Positions 51,199 to 60,695 are shown, numbered from the stretch's first letter. The stretch is DNA of 64,000 nucleotides from Sulfurospirillaceae bacterium (GCA_033723415.1 JAWVXD010000001.1:256001-320000); one strand, 5' to 3'. The notes: generated by a model from the letters alone, not told the origin. Translations and numbers: made by a program.

Positions 51199-53481
51199 TT
51201 ATCTTTCAAAAAGATCGTCAATATCATTTGAAAGTAATTGACGTTCTCTATATCTATCTTCATCATAACCATCACCTTGACTTGAAAAATATGAATTAAT
51301 TAGACTGTCTATGTCAATGGAATCAACAATATCATCCGAATTAATATTTATTGTATCGGTGTCAAATTCTATAACCAAATCATCAATGAAGTCATGCAAA
51401 ACATCTTTAATTGATGATTCATCTATATCAAAATCATAGTAATCAAGTGGACTTCTTGTAATGTACGCTGAAATATCTATTTCTGAATGGGCGAAGTCAG
51501 ACAATGCATCTATTAAAGCATCTTGAAGACTATTTTCAAAGTCTGTTATGAATGTCTTATCTGTTAAATTCAAATTGTTAAATATTTCTATTATAAGTGG
51601 AAGATCATCAATTTCATCAATTGAAGTACTGTTTAGTAGTTCTTTTAAATCTATTTGATAATTAAATTCTTTTGTTGCATATACTAATAGTTTTAGCAGA
51701 TCAGTGAAATATATCCCATTATTTGAAACTATATCTATAGTATTTAAAAATGCTTTTATTTTATTATCAAATTCAACTTTATGATCTATATATTTGTCTC
51801 TTATAATTAGCAATGACATACTAAGGAAATATTCATTTTTATTGTCCTTAATATCATATTCCTGAAACAAATAACTAAGGATTTCTTGATAAGTTTGTTT
51901 ATCTATAAAATTATTTTTTTCTAAACTAATTAAATTTGAAATTGATGATTTTGTTTGAAGAGATAAATAAATAAGTTTCAAAAGTTCAATATCTCCTTTA
52001 TATCTATTCATTATGAAATCTGCCAATGATGGATTGAAAAGAGTGTAATTTATGTTACTAGGAGATTGCATATTTCTATTGACAAAGTATTTCACTGTAG
52101 TCTTTATTACATTATTGAACTGATTGTTGATATTGCTTGTAGAAGTGGCTTTTGTGATTTTATTGAGATAGTTATACGATTCATTTAATAACTTCTCGTC
52201 AATACTATTGTTATTAAAAACAATAAGCAAAATTATATTTCTGATAAAATCATCACTTTGACAATCAAATGTATGACTCCAGACCTCTGATGGATTACTT
52301 AAAATACTTAACACATAATTCCAAAAGTTTGACGGCTCTATATCTTCAAAGTTGTTTTTGTTTGTAATGAATGCAATAAGTCTTGGATTGAAGTTTTTAT
52401 GCTTAATAATTTGCATATATCTTCTGTTTTCGTAGATCACATCAATAAAAGATTCAGGTAAAGAACTAAACCAAATATGGTTATATAGTATTTCAGCTTT
52501 ATTAAAATCTGTAAGTCCATCAATTGTCAGGACAAACTCATTTTGATGAATATTTTTATTTTTAAAAATACTACTAATCATATATGCTTGATTGATTATG
52601 TTTGTTCTACTAGTTAAAATAAATTTTTTAGTGCTATCTTTTTTTACTCTGCTAATAAATTGCATAATACTAGAATCATGTTTATGCTCAATGGCATTTA
52701 AAAAGTTACTTCCTAAAAAATCATCAAAGTAAAATACTTGTTTTGTATCTTTGGAGTAAATATTTTCTACTTCTTCTATATCTTTATTAATTAGATAGAA
52801 CTTGTAACCTTGGCTTGAATAAAAGTAACATAAATTTTCTGTTAAAGTGGTTTTTCCTATCCCAGGCTCACCTGTAATTATTAATGCATTAGATTCTTTT
52901 AATATCTCAAGCGCATTTTTATGATTACTAGTATTTACATATAGATGTAGCTTTTCATTTATATCTTCTAGATAACTTTCACTTCTTCCTTCAATAGCAT
53001 TATTTAGTAATCTCATTAATACATTTGTACTACTCAACCATAATTTATAATGATTTTTTTCAATATCAGGAAACTTTTTTAATAAATCATTTAAGTCTTC
53101 CTGTCCATAAATATCATTGTCATTTTTGATAAATGGAGTAAATAGATTTTTAATAGTTTTTTTATTCTCAGAAGATAATGGTAATGAGGTAATAAAATAA
53201 TAGTTTTTTGGTTTTAATAGCTTGACCTTTTCAACTTCATTAATACCTTTATTATTTTTCCTTTTTAGAGATGATATTAATCCTTGAAAACCTGTCTGTA
53301 AATAATGCTTGCACTGAATTATATCTTCTAACCCATTGTTATTGTAATATCGTCCATCTATCCCTCTGTCGCGCCCAGCCTTAAACCGTTCAAATCTTTT
53401 ATTTTTATCTGTTGAAAGTATGTCTATTGATAAGTTTTCAAACTCTTTATCATTTAAACTTGAAAATGTGTAATCAACCAA
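51199..53481 (-). CDS. Mrr-like restriction endonuclease fused to nSTAND3-type NTPase; candidate defence protein
   Basis: EFE.L..D.L, D.GIDG, IIQCKHY; GEPGIGKT, FYFDDFLG, ILTSR, NPRLI; acidic C-terminus. Confidence 0.82.
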   Translation of the reverse strand: MVDYTFSSLNDKEFENLSIDILSTDKNKRFERFKAGRDRGIDGRYYNNNGLEDIIQCKHYLQTGFQGLISSLKRKNNKGINEVEKVKLLKPKNYYFITSLPLSSENKKTIKNLFTPFIKNDNDIYGQEDLNDLLKKFPDIEKNHYKLWLSSTNVLMRLLNNAIEGRSESYLEDINEKLHLYVNTSNHKNALEILKESNALIITGEPGIGKTTLTENLCYFYSSQGYKFYLINKDIEEVENIYSKDTKQVFYFDDFLGSNFLNAIEHKHDSSIMQFISRVKKDSTKKFILTSRTNIINQAYMISSIFKNKNIHQNEFVLTIDGLTDFNKAEILYNHIWFSSLPESFIDVIYENRRYMQIIKHKNFNPRLIAFITNKNNFEDIEPSNFWNYVLSILSNPSEVWSHTFDCQSDDFIRNIILLIVFNNNSIDEKLLNESYNYLNKITKATSTSNINNQFNNVIKTTVKYFVNRNMQSPSNINYTLFNPSLADFIMNRYKGDIELLKLIYLSLQTKSSISNLISLEKNNFIDKQTYQEILSYLFQEYDIKDNKNEYFLSMSLLIIRDKYIDHKVEFDNKIKAFLNTIDIVSNNGIYFTDLLKLLVYATKEFNYQIDLKELLNSTSIDEIDDLPLIIEIFNNLNLTDKTFITDFENSLQDALIDALSDFAHSEIDISAYITRSPLDYYDFDIDESSIKDVLHDFIDDLVIEFDTDTININSDDIVDSIDIDSLINSYFSSQGDGYDEDRYRERQLLSNDIDDLFER

Positions 53482-53503
53482 ATTATTCCTTAGTACTGTT
53501 GTA

Positions 53504-53586
53504 AGCTAACGGGGGCACGGGGGAGTGACTACCATTGGTAAACCTTTAGGTTTTCAATGGCTGATTGCTCCTACCGCGTGTTATCT
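53504..53586 (-). repeat. attC site (83 bp) of gene-less cassette B
   Basis: AGATAAC...CCATTGAAAACC-TAAA-GGTTTACCAATGG...GTTAGCT; paralogue of 49693-49776 with compensatory changes. Confidence 0.88.
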
Positions 53587-53652
53587 GGTGCGAAGCTCCG
53601 GATGACTTGCGGGTGTTCAGCCAGCGCTCTAGTTATCTCGAATGCATAGCGT
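53510..53652 (-). other. Gene-less structured cassette, copy B (5'-truncated)
   Basis: Colinear with copy A (39/40 identity over 53580-53619 vs 49770-49809); similarity stops at 53652, before the leading R' box. Confidence 0.8.
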
Positions 53653-53668
53653 ATTTATTAATGCTAAT

Positions 53669-53674
53669 ATTATA
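53669..53674 (-). promoter_or_regulatory. Candidate -10 box (TATAAT) reading into the cassette array
   Basis: Perfect TATAAT on minus strand just upstream of cassette B; AT-rich context makes a chance match possible. Confidence 0.35.
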
Positions 53675-53884
53675 ATTAGATAATTCTTATATATAGTATA
53701 AACACAATTTTATGTAGTATTTAAACTACAATATAAAGTTTAGTATTACTTTTTAGCCTAGATAAACTATTGTTTTGTGATAAAAAGACATTGATTTTAA
53801 GAAATATTTTGCAATAAGATAACAAGTTACTTGATATTTACTCAAATATAATATCAATAAACAACTCCAAAGCTATGATAAAAA

Positions 53885-53973
53885 TTATAGTATAATTCAA
53901 TTAAAAAAGACTGGATACCTATACTTTTTCTGAAAAAATATCCTACATCTTATCATCCTGACTCCTATATTTA
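53885..53973 (+). pseudogene. Degenerate duplicate of the promoter and 5' end of the histidine kinase gene
   Basis: 24-bp and 27-bp exact matches to 54875-54898 and 54939-54965; ATG replaced by ATA. Confidence 0.8.
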
Positions 53974-54229
53974 AAAGAAATAAAAGGATAAAAAAGACAA
54001 TCCTCACTCCCAGAAGTGTATTTATCATGCTACTTTAAATAGGCTCATTTTTCTACTATATTGGACTATTAGGTGCAATACTGATTTTTATTTTAGATTA
54101 ACATTAGTAATGTAACAATTCTGGGAAGATATAGGTGCCCTCGTCAAAATTAATTTAATTATAAGTTTCAATCAAGTAACATTATAAGATTTTATTAATA
54201 AAATTATAAAAATTAAGGAAGGATGTAGA

Positions 54230-54766
54230 ATGGTTAAAAAACTTTCTATAGTGGGCGTGTTGGTTTTATGTGTTGGTATGAGTGTATATGCTAAAGATTT
54301 TTATGTAAAAATCGGTGCCGGGATGGCAAATGTATCTGAGAAAAGTGCCTATAATTACAATGTAGATTTTAGTAATGCCAAGCTTTATACCGCAGCAATC
54401 GGCAAAAATTTTGGAAATTTTGCTGTTGAAGCGGAATATTCTCATGAAAGTTGTGATTGGAACAACAAAAGTCTCAATTTAAGTGGCAAAGGAACTACAA
54501 ATGGATATATGATAAATGGATATTATAACTTTCCTTTGAATTCAAAATTTGCTCCATATATAGGAGCAGGTATAGGGCATACTAACTTTACGGACGGTGG
54601 ATATACCTCAAGCGGTACTACAGCATATCAAGGGATTTTAGGAGTATCGTATCCAATAAATAACAACTTTAACCTAAATGCTGAATATAGATACAAATAT
54701 GCGAGTTATAAATCAGTTGATTTAACATCAAATAATCTTTTAGTTGGTTTAACTATAAAATTTTAA
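54230..54766 (+). CDS. Small 8-stranded outer-membrane beta-barrel protein
   Basis: Signal peptide, NGYY, PYIGAGIG, EYRY, terminal Phe. Confidence 0.9.
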   Translation: MVKKLSIVGVLVLCVGMSVYAKDFYVKIGAGMANVSEKSAYNYNVDFSNAKLYTAAIGKNFGNFAVEAEYSHESCDWNNKSLNLSGKGTTNGYMINGYYNFPLNSKFAPYIGAGIGHTNFTDGGYTSSGTTAYQGILGVSYPINNNFNLNAEYRYKYASYKSVDLTSNNLLVGLTIKF

Positions 54767-54793
54767 TTTAGAGAATTACAACGCATCATTCAA

Positions 54794-54838
54794 TAGATTG
54801 GTAGGTAATGCAGAATTGCGATTTTTCCTACCAATCTA
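54794..54838 (+). terminator. Stem-loop after OMP gene
   Basis: 12-bp perfect IR TAGATTGGTAGG/CCTACCAATCTA. Confidence 0.55.
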
Positions 54839-54910
54839 CACTTCTAGGACATGAAGAAAAATTAGACTCCAAATTTATAGTATAATTCAATTAAAAAATA
54901 TTGGATAAAT

Positions 54911-56419
54911 ATGCTATTTTCAGAGAAGAACATACCGAATCTTATCATCCTGACTCCTATATTTACGATCATCATACTTACGTCTCTCATCACATTTTTC
55001 TTTGTGGATTCTCAGTACAAGTACTTTAAAGAACAAAGCGTGACCTTGGAGAAAAACTATATACAAAAGCAAAGAACGCTACTTAAAAACGAAGTCAACC
55101 GTGTGATCAATTACATAGCTTTTCATAAAAAAAATCTAAAAAATTTAAGTGACAAAGAACTCAAAAAGACGATAGCTGCCTATATCGAGACTATTAGGTA
55201 CGGTGACAACGGCTATATCTGGGTACATGACACGAACTATTATCTCGTCGCGCATCCATTTAGGAAGGATATGATCGGTAAATACGACATCAACTTAAAG
55301 GATGAATCTGGTGCATTTATAACCAGAGCGTTTATCAATATAGCCATCAGCAAGCCTGAAGGCGGTTTTTTGGAGTATTATTGGAAGAAGCCGAGCAACG
55401 GCAAGGTTGAAAAGAAGCTTGGATTCTTGAAGCTTTACGCACCATGGAAATGGGTCATCGGAAGTGGTTTGTACATGGATGACATCTCACACTCTATCAA
55501 GATCGAGAAAAAGCACCTGGAAGAGAAGATCAACAAACAGATCCAGGTCATCATGCTCATAGCTTTTACGTTTATGTTCCTAGTCGGTATGATCTCATTT
55601 GTGATCTCTAGAAATATCATCAATGCTCTTAATTCTTACAAAGAAAAAGTCAGAGACAATGAACTCACACTAAAGACAAAGATCGCAGAGGCGATTAGCG
55701 AATCGCAAAAAAAAGATCAAGCGCTATTGTACCAGTCCAGACTCGCTCAAATGGGAGAGATGATCAGTATGATCGCACACCAGTGGAAACAGCCTCTCAG
55801 TGAAGTGAGCGGGATCTTCATGGAACTGGAGACTATAGGCAAATTTGACGAACTTGATAAAAATTATGTCTTGGAATGTGCAAAAGACGGAGATAAGATC
55901 ACAGAGTACATGAGCAGGACGATAGAAGACTTTAGGAATTTTTTTAAACCTGACAAGAAGAGGGAGAGATTTGATATACAAACTGCATTAGATGAGACCT
56001 TAACACTGGTTGATGCTTCGATTAAAAATTCACATATCCAAATAATTTCCGATATTTCTGAGCACATTTATATAGAAGGATACCCAAATGAATATTCCCA
56101 AGTCATCTTAAATATATTGATGAATGCCAGAGATGCACTGATATCGAGAAATATAGCAAACCCGGAGATTCATATAAAAGTGTATCAGAAAAAGGATCAA
56201 GCGATCTTAGAGATCATTGACAATGCAGGAGGGATAGACGAAGAGATACTAGATAAGATCTTTGATCCATACTTCAGCACCAAAGACAATGTAAACGGTA
56301 CAGGTTTGGGACTGTACATGTCTAAAATGATCATAGAAAAAAGCATGAACGGAAGATTGAGCGTACAAAACACCGATAGCGGTGCAAGTTTTAAAATAGA
56401 AGTAAAGATATGCAACTAG
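54911..56419 (+). CDS. Cache-domain sensor histidine kinase
   Basis: Two TMs, single Cache domain (RYG.NGY.W, Y.W.KP, W.IGSG.Y), HQWKQPL, DNAGGI, GTGLGL. Confidence 0.94.
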   Translation: MLFSEKNIPNLIILTPIFTIIILTSLITFFFVDSQYKYFKEQSVTLEKNYIQKQRTLLKNEVNRVINYIAFHKKNLKNLSDKELKKTIAAYIETIRYGDNGYIWVHDTNYYLVAHPFRKDMIGKYDINLKDESGAFITRAFINIAISKPEGGFLEYYWKKPSNGKVEKKLGFLKLYAPWKWVIGSGLYMDDISHSIKIEKKHLEEKINKQIQVIMLIAFTFMFLVGMISFVISRNIINALNSYKEKVRDNELTLKTKIAEAISESQKKDQALLYQSRLAQMGEMISMIAHQWKQPLSEVSGIFMELETIGKFDELDKNYVLECAKDGDKITEYMSRTIEDFRNFFKPDKKRERFDIQTALDETLTLVDASIKNSHIQIISDISEHIYIEGYPNEYSQVILNILMNARDALISRNIANPEIHIKVYQKKDQAILEIIDNAGGIDEEILDKIFDPYFSTKDNVNGTGLGLYMSKMIIEKSMNGRLSVQNTDSGASFKIEVKICN

Positions 56420-57084
56420 AAGAAAATCTAAAAAAACTCTCCATCCTCTGTGTCGAAGATGACGAGGGCGTAAGAAAGAGACTGGCAAATACCTTGAAGT
56501 ACTACTTTAAGGAAGTGATCGAAGCCGATGATGGCAAAGAGGCATATGATATTTACCAGACACAAAAGATAGACATCATCATCACGGATATTGATATGCC
56601 AAAACTAAACGGCATCAGTCTTGTAAAGAAGATAAGACAGCAAAATACCAAGATACCGATCATAGTATTGAGCGCATACAGCAATGAAGAGTACTTGATG
56701 GAGCTGATCAACTCAAAGATAGATAATTTTATACTAAAACCTATAAACAGCACCAAGCTCTTAAATGCTCTGGAGAGCATCAATAAAGATATCTTTATCT
56801 CTCAAGTTGAAATACCACAAGGAATCACGATCAATTTTGATACTTTAGAGATCATTTACAAAGATGAAAAGATAAAAATAACAAATAGAGAAAAGTTGTT
56901 TTTAGAGCTTCTTACACAAAATAAGAACAAAGTATCAAAATATGAAGAGATAGACGAATTTGTATGGAGAAATGATGAGATGAGTCACGCGGCACTGAAG
57001 ACTTTTATCAAAAGTTTGAGAAAAAAACTACCTCACAATATCATAGAAAACGTATCTGGAGTAGGCTATAGATTTTGTAACTAA
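56410..57084 (+). CDS. OmpR-family response regulator
   Basis: VEDD, TDI.MP, KP, winged helix LRKKL...GVGYR. Confidence 0.94.
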   Translation: MQLEENLKKLSILCVEDDEGVRKRLANTLKYYFKEVIEADDGKEAYDIYQTQKIDIIITDIDMPKLNGISLVKKIRQQNTKIPIIVLSAYSNEEYLMELINSKIDNFILKPINSTKLLNALESINKDIFISQVEIPQGITINFDTLEIIYKDEKIKITNREKLFLELLTQNKNKVSKYEEIDEFVWRNDEMSHAALKTFIKSLRKKLPHNIIENVSGVGYRFCN

Positions 57085-57133
57085 AAGTTACAAAATAGTT
57101 TTAAATTCACAAATATTTTTTGTTTTGAATAAG

Positions 57134-57166
57134 TCTCACTTTTTTCTCACTCTTAATTGCTAGTAT
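57134..57166 (+). promoter_or_regulatory. Tandem direct repeat plus extended -10 upstream of dctP
   Basis: TCTCACT-N4-TCTCACT (11-bp period) then TGcTAGTAT. Confidence 0.55.
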
Positions 57167-57193
57167 GAATTAAATCATATCAAAGGAGTCGAC

Positions 57194-58150
57194 ATGGTAA
57201 AGAAGATTATAGTTGCGGCAAGTATCGCTTCATGTATGTTTGCGGCAAATGTTAAGATGGATTTAAATGCAAAGTATGGAGCTACGAACTTTCACACTAT
57301 CGGTGCTGAAAAGTTTGCCGATTTGGTCAAAAAATATACCAACGGTACAGTTCAGATCACAGTTCATCCGGGAAGTTCTCTAGTCAAAGGGAATCCTCTA
57401 AAGGCTGTCAAAGACGGAGTTGTGCCTATGACAGATATGTTTATACCTTTTACTGCAGGCGGAGGTAAGGTGTTTGGTATCTCAGCACTTCCTTTTATAG
57501 CAAAATCATATGATGATGCGTATAGATTATATCAACTGTCTAAGCCTGCATATGAAGCAACTGCGAAAAAATGGAATCAAAAACTTCTATATGCGGTAAC
57601 TTGGCCGCCAAGTGGACTTTATACCAAGAAAGCCGTAAATTCTACTGCTGATTTTGCAGGTATTAAGGCAAGAACATACGATAAAAACTCAGCTAACTTT
57701 GTAAATATGGCTGGAGGAAGTGCAGTTGCATTGCCTTGGGGTGAAGTCTACTCAGCTTTAAATACAGGTTTGGTAAATGCGGTAGTAACATCATCTGCAT
57801 CTGGAAAAGACGGTAAATTTTGGGAAGTATTAACTCACTTTACAAAGATCAACTATGCTTATCCATTGCAAGCTGTGACTATCAATCTTGATTATTGGAA
57901 GAGTTTAACCAAACAACAACAAACTGAGATGTTAAAAGCAGCAAAAGAGATTGAAAAATCACAATGGGAAGCATCAAAAAAAGAAGACAAGATCGCACTT
58001 AAAATGCTAAAAGATCATGGTATGGTCATCTCTGAAGAGAGCCCAAAACTAGCTGCCCAGCTTGATGTCGTGGCTAAAAAGTTGCTTGATGAATATTTAA
58101 AAGATGCGAGTCCAGCAGTCAAAAAAATATTTAAAGAATATAGAAAATAA
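57194..58150 (+). CDS. dctP: TRAP transporter substrate-binding protein (DctP family)
   Basis: Signal peptide, LPF, K.R, LPWGEVYSAL.TG.V. Confidence 0.92.
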   Translation: MVKKIIVAASIASCMFAANVKMDLNAKYGATNFHTIGAEKFADLVKKYTNGTVQITVHPGSSLVKGNPLKAVKDGVVPMTDMFIPFTAGGGKVFGISALPFIAKSYDDAYRLYQLSKPAYEATAKKWNQKLLYAVTWPPSGLYTKKAVNSTADFAGIKARTYDKNSANFVNMAGGSAVALPWGEVYSALNTGLVNAVVTSSASGKDGKFWEVLTHFTKINYAYPLQAVTINLDYWKSLTKQQQTEMLKAAKEIEKSQWEASKKEDKIALKMLKDHGMVISEESPKLAAQLDVVAKKLLDEYLKDASPAVKKIFKEYRK

Positions 58151-58151
58151 G

Positions 58152-58643
58152 ATGTTAAAACAATATTTTATGAAATTTGAAAAGGGCCTCAATAAATTTG
58201 GGGTCTTTCTTTCATCACTGTTCGTCATCGCGTTGGTTGCTCTTATTTTATTGGAGATCTTTTTAAGAACTTTTTTCAACAAATCAACTATGATCTCAGA
58301 TGAATACAGCGGCTATTTTTATCTTGCTTCAGTATTTTTTGGACTTGGATATACATTTAAAGAAAAAGCACATATTAGAATCAATATAATAACGACCAGA
58401 TTAAATCCAAAATTTCAGAAGATCATGAATATATATGCAGGCACCGTTACATTTCTGGTTATCTCATTTATACTTTACAGAGTTACTCTCATGACTATTG
58501 ACTCGTATAATTTTGACATACTTTCAGAAGGGGTATCTGCAACGCCAATATATCTGACACAAATACCTATGATCATAGGTACGTTCATATTTGCAGTTTC
58601 AATTTTGGCATTTATCTTGAAAAGGATTGGGCATGATAGCTGA
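58152..58643 (+). CDS. dctQ: TRAP transporter small permease
   Basis: Four TMs, DEYSGY, HIRI; start ATG 58152. Confidence 0.9.
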   Translation: MLKQYFMKFEKGLNKFGVFLSSLFVIALVALILLEIFLRTFFNKSTMISDEYSGYFYLASVFFGLGYTFKEKAHIRINIITTRLNPKFQKIMNIYAGTVTFLVISFILYRVTLMTIDSYNFDILSEGVSATPIYLTQIPMIIGTFIFAVSILAFILKRIGHDS

Positions 58644-59967
58644 TCCTCTTGTACTGACCGTTGTTTTATTGTTTGTAATGTTTGCTTTATTGCTATCATC
58701 CATATGGATCGGTGCCTCTTTGATGCTGACAGGTATATTTGGTATGTTGATCTTCAAAAGTCATCTGCCAGCTTCCATCAGTATCTTTGACAAGATCGGA
58801 GATCTACTGTCTTCATCACTGTATGATTCGCTAAACTCATGGTCTTTGGCAGCGCTTCCTATGTTTATACTGATGGGAGAGCTTTTATATAAATCTTCCA
58901 TATCATCCAAGTTGTTCAACGGACTGATCCCTTGGTTAAATAAAGTTCCGGGTAGATTGCTTCATATCAATGTTGCAGCTTGTTCACTGTTTGCAGCAGT
59001 TTCTGGCTCGTCCGCTGCAACTACGGCAACGGTCGGTAAAATCACTCTAGCAGAGCTTAAAAAAAGAGGCTACAGTAAATCTCTGGCGATCGGTTCACTC
59101 GCAGGAAGTGGAACTTTAGGATTTTTGATCCCGCCTAGTTTGATCATGATCATTTACGGTGTTTTATCCAACGTATCTATAGGGCAGCTTTTTATAGCAG
59201 GGATCTTCCCTGGTCTCTTACTAGCAAGCTCATATGCTATCTATATCATGATAGCAGCATCCATAAAGAAAGATGCCGTACCTGTAGAAGACGAAAAGAT
59301 AACTTGGCAGGACAAAGTAAACTCACTCAAAGATCTAGCTCCTATTATATTTTTGATCACATTGGTACTTGGCAGTATATACGCAGGATTTGCAACACCG
59401 ACAGAGGCTGCAGCTCTGGGCGTGTTGGGTTCGATGCTACTCGGATTTTATTTTAAAAGTTTAGATTTTGAGGTATTTAAAACAGCTATCTTAAATTCTA
59501 TAAAAACAACCGTCATGATCAGCTTCATCATAGCAGGGGCTGGATTTTTATCTCAGGTAGTCGGATTTTTGGGAATCGCAACGGCACTGAGTGAATATAT
59601 AGCATCATTGCATTTGTCTCCTTATATGCTTATCTTTGTAGTCGGTATTATGTACATGATACTCGGCATGATGTTGGATGGCATATCTATGGTCGTCATG
59701 ACGTTACCGATCGTCTTGCCTATCATCACTTTAGCAGGATTTGATCCGCTTTGGTTTGGTATATTTTTGGTCTTTATGGTTGAATTGTCACAGATCACTC
59801 CGCCTGTAGGATTTTCTTTATTTGTAATTCAGAGCATTTCAGGTGAAAAAATCGACTATATTTTAAAGGCAACTTTCCCATTTTTTGTTATAATGATACT
59901 TGTGGTTGTCCTTGTGACAGCTTTTCCTGAAATAGCATTTTACCTACCGAGGAGAATGATACAATGA
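58633..59967 (+). CDS. dctM: TRAP transporter large permease
   Basis: ALPMFILMG, SGSS.AT, LIPPS, TPTEAA, ITPPVG. Confidence 0.95.
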   Translation: MIADPLVLTVVLLFVMFALLLSSIWIGASLMLTGIFGMLIFKSHLPASISIFDKIGDLLSSSLYDSLNSWSLAALPMFILMGELLYKSSISSKLFNGLIPWLNKVPGRLLHINVAACSLFAAVSGSSAATTATVGKITLAELKKRGYSKSLAIGSLAGSGTLGFLIPPSLIMIIYGVLSNVSIGQLFIAGIFPGLLLASSYAIYIMIAASIKKDAVPVEDEKITWQDKVNSLKDLAPIIFLITLVLGSIYAGFATPTEAAALGVLGSMLLGFYFKSLDFEVFKTAILNSIKTTVMISFIIAGAGFLSQVVGFLGIATALSEYIASLHLSPYMLIFVVGIMYMILGMMLDGISMVVMTLPIVLPIITLAGFDPLWFGIFLVFMVELSQITPPVGFSLFVIQSISGEKIDYILKATFPFFVIMILVVVLVTAFPEIAFYLPRRMIQ

Positions 59968-60695
59968 TAAAACTAAACTGTGATATGGGCGAGAGCTTTG
60001 GAACCTGGAAAATGGGCTTGGATGAAGAGATCATGCCTCTTGTGGACATGTCAAATATAGCTTGTGGATTTCATGCAAGTGATCCAGTCACTATGAATAA
60101 AACAGTAAAAATGGCAAAAAATCATAGAGTGACTATAGGAGCTCATCCGGCATACCCTGATCTAGTCGGTTTTGGAAGAAGAAGTCTAGCATGCAGCAGT
60201 GAAGAGATAAAAGACATGCTTCTTTATCAAATAGGCGCATTAGCAGGGATTTGCAAAGCAAATAATACAAAAGTAGAATATGTCAAGCCTCATGGTGCAT
60301 TGTACAATGACATGATGAGAGATAGCGCTATTTATGAGACTGTTTTAAAAACTATCTCGATGTATGACAAAAACCTGAAACTGATGATCTTGAGCTCAGG
60401 TAAAAATGAAGAGTATGAAAAGATTGCAAATACTTACGATATAGAACTTATATATGAAGTTTTTGCTGATCGTGCTTATATGGATGATGGAGCCTTGATG
60501 CCAAGAAGCATGCCAAATTCTGTACTTGAATCTAGCAAAGATGTACTGGAAAGATTGGAGTATTTGATCAAAAACGGTGCTATAAAATCACATACGGGCA
60601 AAGTATTGGAATTAAAAGCAGATTGTATATGTGTGCATGGCGACAATGCCCATGCTGTTGAACTTGTAAAAACTATGAGAGAATATTTGAATTGA
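59964..60695 (+). CDS. pxpA: 5-oxoprolinase subunit A (LamB/YcsF)
   Basis: LNCDMGESFG, NIACGFHA, KPHGALYN, EVFADR, CVHGD. Confidence 0.95.
   Translation: MIKLNCDMGESFGTWKMGLDEEIMPLVDMSNIACGFHASDPVTMNKTVKMAKNHRVTIGAHPAYPDLVGFGRRSLACSSEEIKDMLLYQIGALAGICKANNTKVEYVKPHGALYNDMMRDSAIYETVLKTISMYDKNLKLMILSSGKNEEYEKIANTYDIELIYEVFADRAYMDDGALMPRSMPNSVLESSKDVLERLEYLIKNGAIKSHTGKVLELKADCICVHGDNAHAVELVKTMREYLN

Larger units (their letters stand above)
47640..53652 (-). mobile_element. Integron cassette array without integrase in window (CALIN), seven cassettes
   Basis: Six attC sites alternate with co-oriented promoterless ORFs; for each of the five complete central cassettes the leading GTTNNNN is the exact complement of its own NNNNAAC. 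Confidence 0.92.

Noticed and set aside
47640..53652. CRISPR array or IS/MITE reading of the repeats
   Set aside because: Repeats are heterogeneous palindromes separated by whole genes and follow attC core-site logic; no constant repeat-spacer period, transposase or target duplication
53988..54101. Short hydrophobic reading frame (IKKTILTP...LL*IGSFFYYIGLLGAILIFILD)
   Set aside because: No proper start, internal stop, and hydrophobic translation is expected from T-rich DNA
53653..54229. Integron integrase or its remnant
   Set aside because: No ORF or tyrosine-recombinase motif visible by eye; TBLASTN would be needed to exclude a very decayed fragment
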